A stretch of DNA of 64,000 nt from Candidatus Buchananbacteria bacterium (GCA_903859075.1 CAIOLF010000024.1:5048-69047); one strand, 5' to 3'. Counted from the first letter of the stretch, positions 27,876-37,927 are shown. Notes: generated by a model not told the origin, from the letters alone. Numbers and translations: made by a program.

Positions 27876-27970
27876 TAATTAAGAATTATGAATTATGAAT
27901 TAAAAATTAAGAACTATGAATGAATTATTAATTAAGAAAACATCTTAATTCATAATTCATAATTCTTCAT
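27876..27970. repeat. AT-rich palindromic intergenic repeat (22-bp perfect inverted repeat aagaattatgaattatgaatta / taattcataattcataattctt) between grpE and dnaK
   Basis: arms at 27881-27902 and 27947-27968 with a 44-bp AT-rich spacer. Confidence 0.75.
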
Positions 27971-28446
27971 TACTTAGCTACTTTCACTTTCGCCGGGACC
28001 AACACTTTGCCATCCACCAGATAGCCCGGCTGGACTTCTTCAAAAACCAAATCGGCGTCAAAGCCGTCCTTTTGTTCATGCGAGAGCGCCTCATGCAGAT
28101 TATGATCAAATTTCTCGCCCACGGTATGAATTTCTTCAATATTATATTTTTTCAAAAACTCTTGGAATAATTTCTGGATCTGAATAACGCCGACCACCCA
28201 GGGTTCCTGGCGGCTCGCCTCGGGGATATGGCTCAGGGCCAGTTTGAAATGGCTGTAAATCGGCAAGAGCTCCGCCAGAGTACCGGCACTCACAAATTCC
28301 ATCATTTCCTGGGCCTGTTTTTCCTGTTCTTTCTTGAGATTGGAATAATCGGCCCGAGCGCGCTGCCACCCTGCCAAATGCTCTTGCGCCTTTTGTTCCG
28401 AGAGCGCTAATTCTTCCTGTAATTGTTCAATGGTCTTATCTTCCAT
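27970..28446 (-). CDS. grpE: nucleotide exchange factor GrpE
   Basis: coiled-coil N-terminus and GrpE C-terminal beta domain; hrcA-grpE-dnaK synteny. Confidence 0.85.
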   Translation of the reverse strand: MEDKTIEQLQEELALSEQKAQEHLAGWQRARADYSNLKKEQEKQAQEMMEFVSAGTLAELLPIYSHFKLALSHIPEASRQEPWVVGVIQIQKLFQEFLKKYNIEEIHTVGEKFDHNLHEALSHEQKDGFDADLVFEEVQPGYLVDGKVLVPAKVKVAK

Positions 28447-28462
28447 AAAAATGTCTAGGTTA

Positions 28463-29161
28463 TTATTTTAATCCGCTGATTATCTCCTGCACTAATTTCA
28501 GCAGTCCCAAATTCCTGCGGTAATCCATGCGGTTCGGCCCCAGAATTCCAATCAACCCAGAAATGCCGGCCTGATCATATTTGACGAGTATCACCGAAGA
28601 CATCTCTCCAAAAGGATTGTCCTGACCCAAAAGTATCTTAGCTTCATCTTTAATCTCATAAAAAATTTTGCCCATGACGTCATCCAGATGATCAATAATT
28701 TCTGACATGGAAAAAACCAGCTGGGGCTGGGCAAATTCCGGCTGCTTGAATAAATTGGCGATGCCGGTGTAGTAAATATTGCTGGCCGCGAAACCGATTA
28801 GAATTGTGTTGTCAGAAATTTCCGCCAGCGCCTTGGCGAGCGTCTTAATGCCAATTTCATCAACCGGCAGTCCTGGCGCCAGCTGCTCCAGCTGTTTTCG
28901 ATCACGCTCGGAAATCTTGCCTTCGCCGATAAATTTGTCAATATAACGGCGATAGCCGAGAGCGGTAGGTATCCGACCGGCCGAGGTATGCGGCTGGAAA
29001 ATCAAGCCCTCTTCTTCCAGTTCGGCCATCTCATTTCTAATAGTTGCCGAGCTCAGCTCCGGCAGATATTTTTCAACTACCAGGGATGAACCGACGGGAT
29101 TGGCGCTTTCTATGTATTCCTCAACGATTATCTTTAATAAATTGTCTTTTCTTGATTCCAT
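28463..29161 (-). CDS. hrcA: heat-inducible transcription repressor HrcA (short, 232-aa form)
   Basis: N-terminal winged-helix IVEEYIESANPVGSSLVVEKY; CIRCE operator immediately upstream. Confidence 0.75.
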   Translation of the reverse strand: MESRKDNLLKIIVEEYIESANPVGSSLVVEKYLPELSSATIRNEMAELEEEGLIFQPHTSAGRIPTALGYRRYIDKFIGEGKISERDRKQLEQLAPGLPVDEIGIKTLAKALAEISDNTILIGFAASNIYYTGIANLFKQPEFAQPQLVFSMSEIIDHLDDVMGKIFYEIKDEAKILLGQDNPFGEMSSVILVKYDQAGISGLIGILGPNRMDYRRNLGLLKLVQEIISGLK

Positions 29162-29201
29162 AAGCCCCCATATTTTGCCCGATTATCGGGCCTTTTTAGA
29201 A

Positions 29202-29228
29202 TTAGCACTCACGTTGCTAGAGTGCTAA
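29202..29228. promoter_or_regulatory. CIRCE operator (TTAGCACTC-N9-GAGTGCTAA), the HrcA binding site
   Basis: ttagcactc acgttgcta gagtgctaa is a perfect match to the CIRCE consensus. Confidence 0.9.
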
Positions 29229-29232
29229 GTTA

Positions 29233-29261
29233 AATATAATGCATCTGAAAGAGCTTGTCAA
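29233..29261 (-). promoter_or_regulatory. sigma70-like promoter of the hrcA operon (TTGACA-17 nt-TATATT on the minus strand)
   Basis: minus-strand reading gcTTGACAagctctttcagatgcatTATATTtaac lies directly upstream of CIRCE. Confidence 0.55.
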
Positions 29262-29299
29262 GCTTTATCAATTATGAATTATGAATTAAAAAAAATAGC

Positions 29300-29340
29300 A
29301 AAACAAAAACCCCAATTAATTTCGGGGCTTTTATTTCAAT
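29300..29340 (-). terminator. probable Rho-independent terminator
   Basis: minus-strand aaaagccccgaaattaattggggtttttgtttt. Confidence 0.4.
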
Positions 29341-29384
29341 TTTATATAAATTATTAATCTTAATTCTTAATTCGTAATTCGTAA

Positions 29385-30221
29385 TTAATCGCCTGGCTTC
29401 ATGATGTTACTATCATCAAAAGCATTAAGCTCCGGCCTGACTTCTATGCTGTCAATGCCGGGCAGGCGATAATTCCAGTCCACCTCGATCTGCCTGGCCT
29501 CCCCCGCTCTGAATTGTTTAACATCTATGTAATTAATCGAAACCAATTCGCCAGCGCTATAGAGAAATACCTGCGCCCCCACGTTCCAAAAACCGAAAGC
29601 GGAATTATTAGTCATTTTAAAAACCACCCGATTAGGCTCGCCCGCCGCGGCGTTACCAGCATAAAGCTTCTCGTCAGAAACTTCAAAGCGTAACCGACTA
29701 TTAATGGTCGATTCCACCTTCTCTACCCGCTTCCAATATTGATTGATAATCTCCAGCTTAGAGGCGCTGACCTCGTGCCCCAAATCCATTAGATATTTCT
29801 CCTCACCGGGCATGGCAAAGCTATGCCTATAAGAACCCTCCTTATCGCCATCGCTGAAACGATAATCAAAAGTCACCAGCCAATCATTGTTGGGATTTTT
29901 TGTCAGCGCCAAAAAATCATAACGTCCATTGTCCTCGGAAAATGATCGGGAATCAGAAATGATTAATTCTTGGGGACGCCGGCTATTTAGCAATTCCAAA
30001 TAGGGGCTGCCGGTAAACAGCAGCCGGCCGACGCGATACTGATCAAAATTGTAATTGGCGATAAAATCAGCCGTCTGCCAGCCAAATAATAACCATAGTA
30101 AAACGGCCGCCACGATCAAAAAAATCGTCGTGTAGCGCCTGATTTTCAGCTTATGGGAAATATACCAATAACTCAGCTTGAGCTGCTTATCGGTAAGATT
30201 GTGAGTCGGTGCTTCCACCAT
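29385..30221 (-). CDS. hypothetical membrane-anchored protein
   Basis: single N-terminal TM segment (IFLIVAAVLLWLLFGW) followed by a soluble domain. Confidence 0.4.
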   Translation of the reverse strand: MVEAPTHNLTDKQLKLSYWYISHKLKIRRYTTIFLIVAAVLLWLLFGWQTADFIANYNFDQYRVGRLLFTGSPYLELLNSRRPQELIISDSRSFSEDNGRYDFLALTKNPNNDWLVTFDYRFSDGDKEGSYRHSFAMPGEEKYLMDLGHEVSASKLEIINQYWKRVEKVESTINSRLRFEVSDEKLYAGNAAAGEPNRVVFKMTNNSAFGFWNVGAQVFLYSAGELVSINYIDVKQFRAGEARQIEVDWNYRLPGIDSIEVRPELNAFDDSNIMKPGD

Positions 30222-30252
30222 ATGGCTGTATTATAGCATAAAAACTATAATA

Positions 30253-31381
30253 TTATAATACCGAAATTACTTTTTTAATCTTGTATCCTTGGCAATGCTG
30301 GAGCAGCCCCAGATATGATTGTCGGCTTTGCTTCAATTTTTCAGCGCCAAGTAATCCAGATTCGGTTAGCAAGCGTTTTTCTTTCAACTTTTTTAGCATC
30401 CTTCTTTTGGTCTTGGTCCGTAAAACGCGATGATCAAAAAAATTAATCATGCCTAAAAAATCAACGCCCGAAGATAGTGTCTTAATAAAAATCTTGTCCG
30501 GATGTAAGGCTAATTTAAGTTTGTTTGACAAATAATCGCCTATCAGCGGAATTAAATTTTCCAAATATACTTTGTCGTCAAAAAATATTACAAAATCGTC
30601 GGCATAACGGATATAATGCTTTATTTTTAACTCATGTTTGATAAATTGATCAAATTTATTCAGATAAATATTGACCAGCAATTGCGAGGTAAGGTTGCCG
30701 AGCGGCAGGCCATGCGCCTTTGTATTTTCCCCCTCCCCTTTATAAGGGGAGGGTTGGGGAGGGGTAATTTCCGAATTATCATTACCCCCTCTGGCTCCCC
30801 GTTTGAAAGGGGGAGAAAAAAACACCTGCCGCAAAACTATCAATCACCTCATCCAATAAACCTAAAATTCTCTTATTGGGAATATATTCAGCTAAAATAT
30901 TTTTTAATATTCGATGGTCGATACTGGCAAAAAATTTCCTGATATCGCCTTTCAAAATCCAGCAAGTATGGGTATTATTTTTACTAACCGCATAGGCGAA
31001 TTTCTGGAATCTGACTAGGGCTTTATGCGTCCCTTTCCCTAGCCGGCAAGAATAGGAATCGCTGATGAAAATGCGATCGAAGAAAGGATACAAAATCCGA
31101 TAAATGGCATGATGGACTAATCTGTCCCTGACGCCGGCTTTATGGATGTTTCGGGGTTTGGGATCGCAGATGTTAAAGGCCTGATAGCCGCCATGGCGAT
31201 AATTGCCAGTTGCCGGATCAGAGTGCAATGCGATAAGATTATTCATGAGGCGCGATTGGAACTGCTGGACGTCTGATTTATTTCTTTTGCCTTTGATAAA
31301 TTCTCGCCAGGCGGATAATAAATTTTCTAAACTAATAATATCTTCAAACGTATGGCTCAATTGGATTTTGTTCCGGTTCAT
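30253..31381 (-). pseudogene. DGR-type reverse transcriptase, split into two frames by a ~100-bp GC-rich palindromic insertion (a homopolymer error is an alternative)
   Basis: N-part (frame A, to 30782): SLENLLSAWREFIKGKRNK, KPRNIHKAGVRDRLVHHAIY, SYSCRLGKGTHKAL, ILKGDIRKFFASIDH; C-part (frame B): HGLPLGNLTSQLLVNIYL (DGR hallmark GNLTSQ), IRYADDFVIFF, LHPDKIFIK; the frames differ by 1 nt across the insert at 30721-30821. Confidence 0.75.
30721..30821. mobile_element. GC-rich palindromic miniature element (copy 1), two CTCCCC-loop-GGGGAG hairpins in inverted orientation, inserted in the RT gene
   Basis: ccccctcccctttataaggggagggttggggaggggtaa ... taccccctctggctccccgtttgaaagggggag; compositionally alien to the AT-rich flanks; second copy at 62749-62852. 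Confidence 0.6.
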
Positions 31382-31778
31382 AATGATAAAATAAATTCTA
31401 CCCCCCCCCTCGTCCACGAATTTATTCATTTTTAATAAAGCCGTTGCCGCGTACAAATCGTGGCATGAGTGGCTGAAAAACTTTCCCAAACACTCGCGCT
31501 ATGCTCTGGGCTCGCGGGCCGACCAGATATTTCTTGATCTGCTGGAACTGCTGTTTACGGCCGGCTATCTGCCTAAAAATAAAAAACTGGAGCCGGCAAT
31601 AAAATCCATCGGCAAAATAGATCTGTTGAAATTTTATCTGCGCTTATGCTGGGAAATGAAACTTCTAAGCGACAATAAATTCCAAATTCTGGGTGTAAAA
31701 ATGGAGGAAATCGGCCGGCTGTCGTGGGCCTGGAAAAATAATTTAGAAAAAACATCCTCGCCGGAAGCGAAGATGTAA
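31352..31778 (+). CDS. Avd-like four-helix-bundle accessory protein, antisense to the RT start; continuously in frame only from 31395
   Basis: translation from 31395: ...NLFIFNKAVAAYKSWHEWLKNFPKHSRYALGSRADQIFLDLLELLFTAGYLPKNKKLEPAIKSIGKIDLLKFYLRLCWEMKLLSDNKFQILGVKMEEIGRLSWAWKNNLEKTS, which fits the TIGR02436/Avd pattern (L.vwq.a...FPK.e.y.LgsQ...); ATG 31352 is in frame only if the C9 run (31401-31409) were C8. Confidence 0.45.
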
Positions 31779-31793
31779 AGCAAAAAACCGCTG

Positions 31794-31916
31794 GCGGACA
31801 ACCGCGAAACGCCAGTTGTCGTTGAAGTCATTCTCAATCCTGTTGAGGTTCAGGTTGCGCTTCTGATCATTCCTGTTCAGATACGCGAAGTTGCGATTGC
31901 CATCGGGATGAAGCCG
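31794..31916 (-). repeat. DGR template repeat (TR)
   Basis: about 123 bp aligning to 32174-32296 at +380; at 23 mismatch positions this copy has T on the plus strand (A on the minus sense strand); encodes an AAY-rich Asn tract in the target frame. Confidence 0.85.
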
Positions 31917-32085
31917 ATTATACGCCCGATACCGTCAGGAACACCGCCGATTGAATGCTCTCTCGGCTGAATCTTGCTTGGGATCTTTAAATCCGCCAGT
32001 ATCGGGCGCCAAGCAGTTTTTTGTTTTTTTAGGTATTCCCGAGCCGTAGCCGGGGAAATATTAACCTACTTTCATTATAGATAAA

Positions 32086-32132
32086 TATGTTAAAAAGAAA
32101 AAGGCCTGCCCGACAGAAATCGTCAGACAGGC
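32086..32132 (-). terminator. hairpin plus U-tract downstream of the DGR target gene/VR
   Basis: minus-strand gcctgtctgacga-tttc-tgtcgggcaggc followed by ctttttctttttaac. Confidence 0.5.
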
Positions 32133-32155
32133 GCAAGGGGTCAAACTTCAAGGGG

Positions 32156-32857
32156 TCAAGGAGCCACCTGCTCGCGGACAACCGCGAAACGCCAGCCGTC
32201 GCGGAAGCCATCCCCAACCCTGCCGAGGTGCAGGTAGCGCCTCCGACCACCCCCGTCCAGATCCGCGAAGTCGCGAGAGCCACCGGGATGAAGCCGGATA
32301 CTTCCGAGCGCGGCAATCGGAAACTTCCGTTGCAAGTCGCGCTGCGTCGCTCCCAAAGCCAGCAACTCCTCGATACGCGCGAAGCGGTACCGATAGCCGG
32401 CTTTTTGCTCGGCCAGCCACTGGTTGACCGCTTCCAATTCGGCGATGACCGCATCGCCATTGTTGAAATAGCGGTCAAAGTGGAGCAGTTCCACTTTTAC
32501 GGCCGTCTTGCCGATTCCCTTGACGGGAAAATGCTCAGCCGTGATTTCGGGATGAACGGAGTCATACCCACCGGCAGAGATCATTTGCCCCAGGTCTTGG
32601 CTGAAGTCAACCACAACAGCCCAGGTCGACTCGAAGTATTTGGAGACGACTTCAGCGGCCTGTCGCGCTTCCGCGACAATCATTTCGGCGATCTTACGGA
32701 GTGTCTCCTCGCCTTTGGCGCTTGCCAAATAGCAGATGCACTCTCCGACATTACCGCCTACCTCCTTGATAAACTTCACGAGAGCGATAATGACCTGCTC
32801 GATCATGCCCATCAGTGACACGATCAACTCCGGTTTTTCCGATGTTCCTTTGGCCAT
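32156..32857 (-). CDS. DGR target (variable) protein, 233 aa, with the VR in the C-terminal ~40 codons
   Basis: AAAGGAGG lies 7 nt upstream of ATG (32857); C-terminus ...IRLHPGGSRDFADLDGGGRRRYLHLGRVGDGFRDGWRFAVVREQVAP is encoded by the VR; GC-rich; no obvious signal peptide. Confidence 0.7.
   Translation of the reverse strand: MAKGTSEKPELIVSLMGMIEQVIIALVKFIKEVGGNVGECICYLASAKGEETLRKIAEMIVAEARQAAEVVSKYFESTWAVVVDFSQDLGQMISAGGYDSVHPEITAEHFPVKGIGKTAVKVELLHFDRYFNNGDAVIAELEAVNQWLAEQKAGYRYRFARIEELLALGATQRDLQRKFPIAALGSIRLHPGGSRDFADLDGGGRRRYLHLGRVGDGFRDGWRFAVVREQVAP
32174..32296 (-). repeat. DGR variable repeat (VR)
   Basis: see TR; all differences lie at TR adenine positions (one exception at 31883/32263). 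Confidence 0.85.
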
Positions 32858-33178
32858 GGTAGGCCTCCTTTCGATTTTCGGCTCGCCCCTCATTCCGGAC
32901 CAATTCCAGAACCCCAGACTCGCCAAATGTACCGCCATATTTATAGCATATTATTTATATTTTGTCAATAATTTTGAAACATTTTCAAATTGACAAATAT
33001 TTTATTTAAATTTGAATAAAAAAAATAAAAGGGCAGGCACAAGGCACTGCCCCCTACAATATGCAATACTAATTAATAAACCTAATAAAAAGTCCTCAAA
33101 ATATCCCTAAAAAATAATTGCCACGACTTCTTTTTTTTGCTATAATTACCTTGTTAAACTAGCTAAAATAACCCCTAA

Positions 33179-35338
<2,160 letters not shown>

Positions 35339-35340
35339 AA

Positions 35341-35470
35341 AGAAATTAAGAAATTAGGAAATTAAAAAATTTAGGGCTTAATTATTTTTACACAAAAAAA
35401 GTCCCGAATTAATTCGGGACTTCTTTTGTTATTTCCTTAATCTCTGAATTTCTTAGTTTCTTAATTACTC
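35341..35470. repeat. AT-rich palindromic repeat block (agaaattaagaaattaggaaatta ... ttccttaatctctgaatttcttagtttcttaatt) flanking a central terminator hairpin
   Basis: central hairpin aaaaaaagtcccgaattaattcgggacttctttt at 35394-35427; lies between convergent gyrB and greA. Confidence 0.65.
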
Positions 35471-35926
35471 AATTTTATCAATCTTGCATTTGATCTTTCC
35501 GGCCGGGATATTGATTTCAAATTCATGGCCGACCGCTTTGCCGATAAAGGCCATCCCGAGCGGCGACTCGTTGGAAATCTTGCCGCTGGCCGGGTCGGCC
35601 TCGCTATGGCCCACGATCATATACTTTATTTTCTGGCCATTGTCGCAAGTAGCGTGCACTGTTGATCCTAAGCCGACCGTGGATGATCTTTGGGACGCTT
35701 CAATGACAACAGCATTTTTAATCAGAGCTTCCAACTCGAGAACACGGCCTTCAATAAAACTCTGCTTATCGCGGGCATCGTGATACTCGGCGTTCTCCGA
35801 CAGGTCGCCGAGCTCGCGGGCGCGGGCAATACGTTCGATCACTTCCGGTCGCTCGACATTTTTTAAATTTTCCAGCTCCTGTTTGACCTTTTCCAGACCG
35901 TCTGGAGAGATGTAACTGTCTTTCAT
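35465..35926 (-). CDS. greA: transcription elongation factor GreA
   Basis: N-terminal coiled coil and C-terminal FKBP-like domain; length 153 aa. Confidence 0.85.
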   Translation of the reverse strand: MKDSYISPDGLEKVKQELENLKNVERPEVIERIARARELGDLSENAEYHDARDKQSFIEGRVLELEALIKNAVVIEASQRSSTVGLGSTVHATCDNGQKIKYMIVGHSEADPASGKISNESPLGMAFIGKAVGHEFEINIPAGKIKCKIDKIE

Positions 35927-36025
35927 GAATAATGATATTTAATAATGATAGTTAAAAGGATATCAGAAACGTCGGATACTGTCAAACGTTGTTATCCGGA
36001 ATTTTACCCCAGGCCGATATTTTCC

Positions 36026-37927
36026 CTATTTAAACCAATATTCTAATATTTCCCTAGCAATCGGGGTGGCAACGCTGCTGCCCTCCCCCCCCTCTTCAAA
36101 TAGCACCGTAACGGCAAAAGTCGGATTATCATAAGGCGCGAAGGCGGTAAACCAGGCATGATTTTTTTTGGTGGTGTTCCACTGAGCCGTGCCGGTCTTT
36201 CCCGCTACCGCCACTTTGAAATCACTCAGGCTCTTAGCCGACCCGGTTTTCACCGTTTCTCGCATGCCCTCCCTGACAATATTGATGTTTTCCTTGGAGA
36301 TAAAATTCTCCCTGACAATTTGGGGCGGAAAAGATTCTTTGCTGCCGTCGGGGCGCACTAGGCCCAGCGCCAGATGCGGCCGCAAATATCTGCCGCCGTT
36401 AGCGACAGTTGCCGTCCAAGCATTGACTTGCAGCGGCGTCACTAGCAAGTCGCCCTGACCGATCGAAATATGGTAAGTATCGCCGATATACCATTGTTCT
36501 TTTTTTACTTCTTCTTTCCATTGCGGCGTCGGCACAAAGCCGCCGCGTTCTCCGGGCAGATCAATGCCAGTCGGCTCTCCCAGGCCGAAAAGACGGAAAT
36601 ATTTTACCAGCCGGTCTACCCCTAAACCTTTAAAATCGCCGAAACCGCCCCCGATATAATAAAAGAAGGTGTTGACCGACTGAGCAATGGCTTTAATGAC
36701 ATTAGTGGCGCCATGTCCGCCAGCCTTCCAATCTGGGAAAAACCACTCTTTTACTTTCAGTCCTCCGGTACTGTTAACGATCGTATTTATGGTGATTATT
36801 TTTTCTTGCAAGGCCGCGGCGGCGATTGTCGGCTTGATAGTGGAACCGGAGGGATATTCGCCAAAAATCGACCGGGTAAACAATGGCTTATTGGGATCTT
36901 CCAATAGTTTTTTATAATCATCCGGCTTGATGCCTGGGGCAAAAAGATTATTATCATAGCTGGGATAATCAACCAAGGCCAAAATCTCTCCGGTCTGAGG
37001 ATTAGAGACCACTACCGAACCGCGGCCGTCCTTGATATGATTTTGTAAAATCTCATAAATCTTTTTTTGCAGCTGGCAGTCAACCGATAAAATCAGGCTA
37101 GCGCCGGCGACGTACTGGGTCTGGGAAATGACTTTCTTTTCCCGGCCCAGAGCATCAACTTCGATTCTTTTTTGTCCACGCTGTCCTTTGAGGTAGCTCT
37201 CATATTGCTTTTCCAGTCCCGCTTTGCCAATGTTGTCGCTAAGCAGATAAGTGCTTTTATTCTTCTCGTACGCCGGGGCATCAATCTTGCCGACATAGCC
37301 CAAAAGGTGAGACCAAGATGGTCCGGCCAGATATTGCCTCCAAGAATCAATATCCAGATAAACTCCTGGCATGTCCGAGCTGATTATCTTCAAATACATC
37401 GCCTGCTCATAACCAATACCAGTCTTAATAATAATCGACTGATAATAATACTTTGAAGAATCCTTGAGCTTAGCTTCAATCTCCTGGCTGGTAATTCCCG
37501 CCAGAGAGGCGGCCGTATTTATGACTTCGCTTCTTTTATCGCTATCTTTGGGCAGGTCGGCGGGTATAATCGACAAAGAAAAGCCAAACACATTCTGCAC
37601 CAAGGACTGTCCATTGCGGTCATAGATAATGCCGCGATCGGCCTTGGTGTATTCGGTCTTAATCCGATTTTCTTCAGCCAAAGAAAAATAATAATCGCCT
37701 TTGATTATCTGCAGATAAAAACTCTTGGCAAACAATACGACCAAGCCGAGCAGCAGCAGCAGATAAAATAATCTGATTTTTTTAGCAGTCAAGGACAAGC
37801 TTAAAAAACCGGCACCCGCGCCGGAAGAAATTGAAGTGGGCGAACTAAAACTGTCCTCCACCCAGCGGACTGAGCTTTTTCTCTCCAAGTCAACATTTTT
37901 GCTTTCAAAGAATATATTGTTTTTCAT
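36026..37927 (-). CDS. mrdA: penicillin-binding protein 2 (peptidoglycan D,D-transpeptidase MrdA)
   Basis: PBP dimerisation and transpeptidase domains (STIKP, SxN, KTGT); last gene of the mreBCD-mrdA cluster. Confidence 0.85.
   Translation of the reverse strand: MKNNIFFESKNVDLERKSSVRWVEDSFSSPTSISSGAGAGFLSLSLTAKKIRLFYLLLLLGLVVLFAKSFYLQIIKGDYYFSLAEENRIKTEYTKADRGIIYDRNGQSLVQNVFGFSLSIIPADLPKDSDKRSEVINTAASLAGITSQEIEAKLKDSSKYYYQSIIIKTGIGYEQAMYLKIISSDMPGVYLDIDSWRQYLAGPSWSHLLGYVGKIDAPAYEKNKSTYLLSDNIGKAGLEKQYESYLKGQRGQKRIEVDALGREKKVISQTQYVAGASLILSVDCQLQKKIYEILQNHIKDGRGSVVVSNPQTGEILALVDYPSYDNNLFAPGIKPDDYKKLLEDPNKPLFTRSIFGEYPSGSTIKPTIAAAALQEKIITINTIVNSTGGLKVKEWFFPDWKAGGHGATNVIKAIAQSVNTFFYYIGGGFGDFKGLGVDRLVKYFRLFGLGEPTGIDLPGERGGFVPTPQWKEEVKKEQWYIGDTYHISIGQGDLLVTPLQVNAWTATVANGGRYLRPHLALGLVRPDGSKESFPPQIVRENFISKENINIVREGMRETVKTGSAKSLSDFKVAVAGKTGTAQWNTTKKNHAWFTAFAPYDNPTFAVTVLFEEGGEGSSVATPIAREILEYWFK

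Noticed and set aside
27876-27970. AT-rich repeated units as a possible CRISPR array
   Set aside because: The copies are inverted rather than direct, irregularly spaced, scattered around the window, and no cas genes are present.
30253-31489. Group II intron or retron reverse transcriptase
   Set aside because: No maturase/endonuclease domains or intron RNA domains V/VI. The GNLTSQ motif and the adjacent A-mutated repeat pair identify it as a DGR RT.
31382-31489. RT N-terminal extension MGKFFSH...DEGGGRIYFII upstream of Met 31381
   Set aside because: RT homology begins at ...SLENLLSAWREF just after the internal Met. The extension overlaps the Avd-like ORF and the C9 tract, so it is probably not translated.
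32087-32818. 243-aa plus-strand ORF across the DGR target region
   Set aside because: Antisense shadow ORF of the GC-rich minus-strand target gene. The VR codon structure, the SD-ATG start and the A-specific substitution pattern all support the minus-strand frame.
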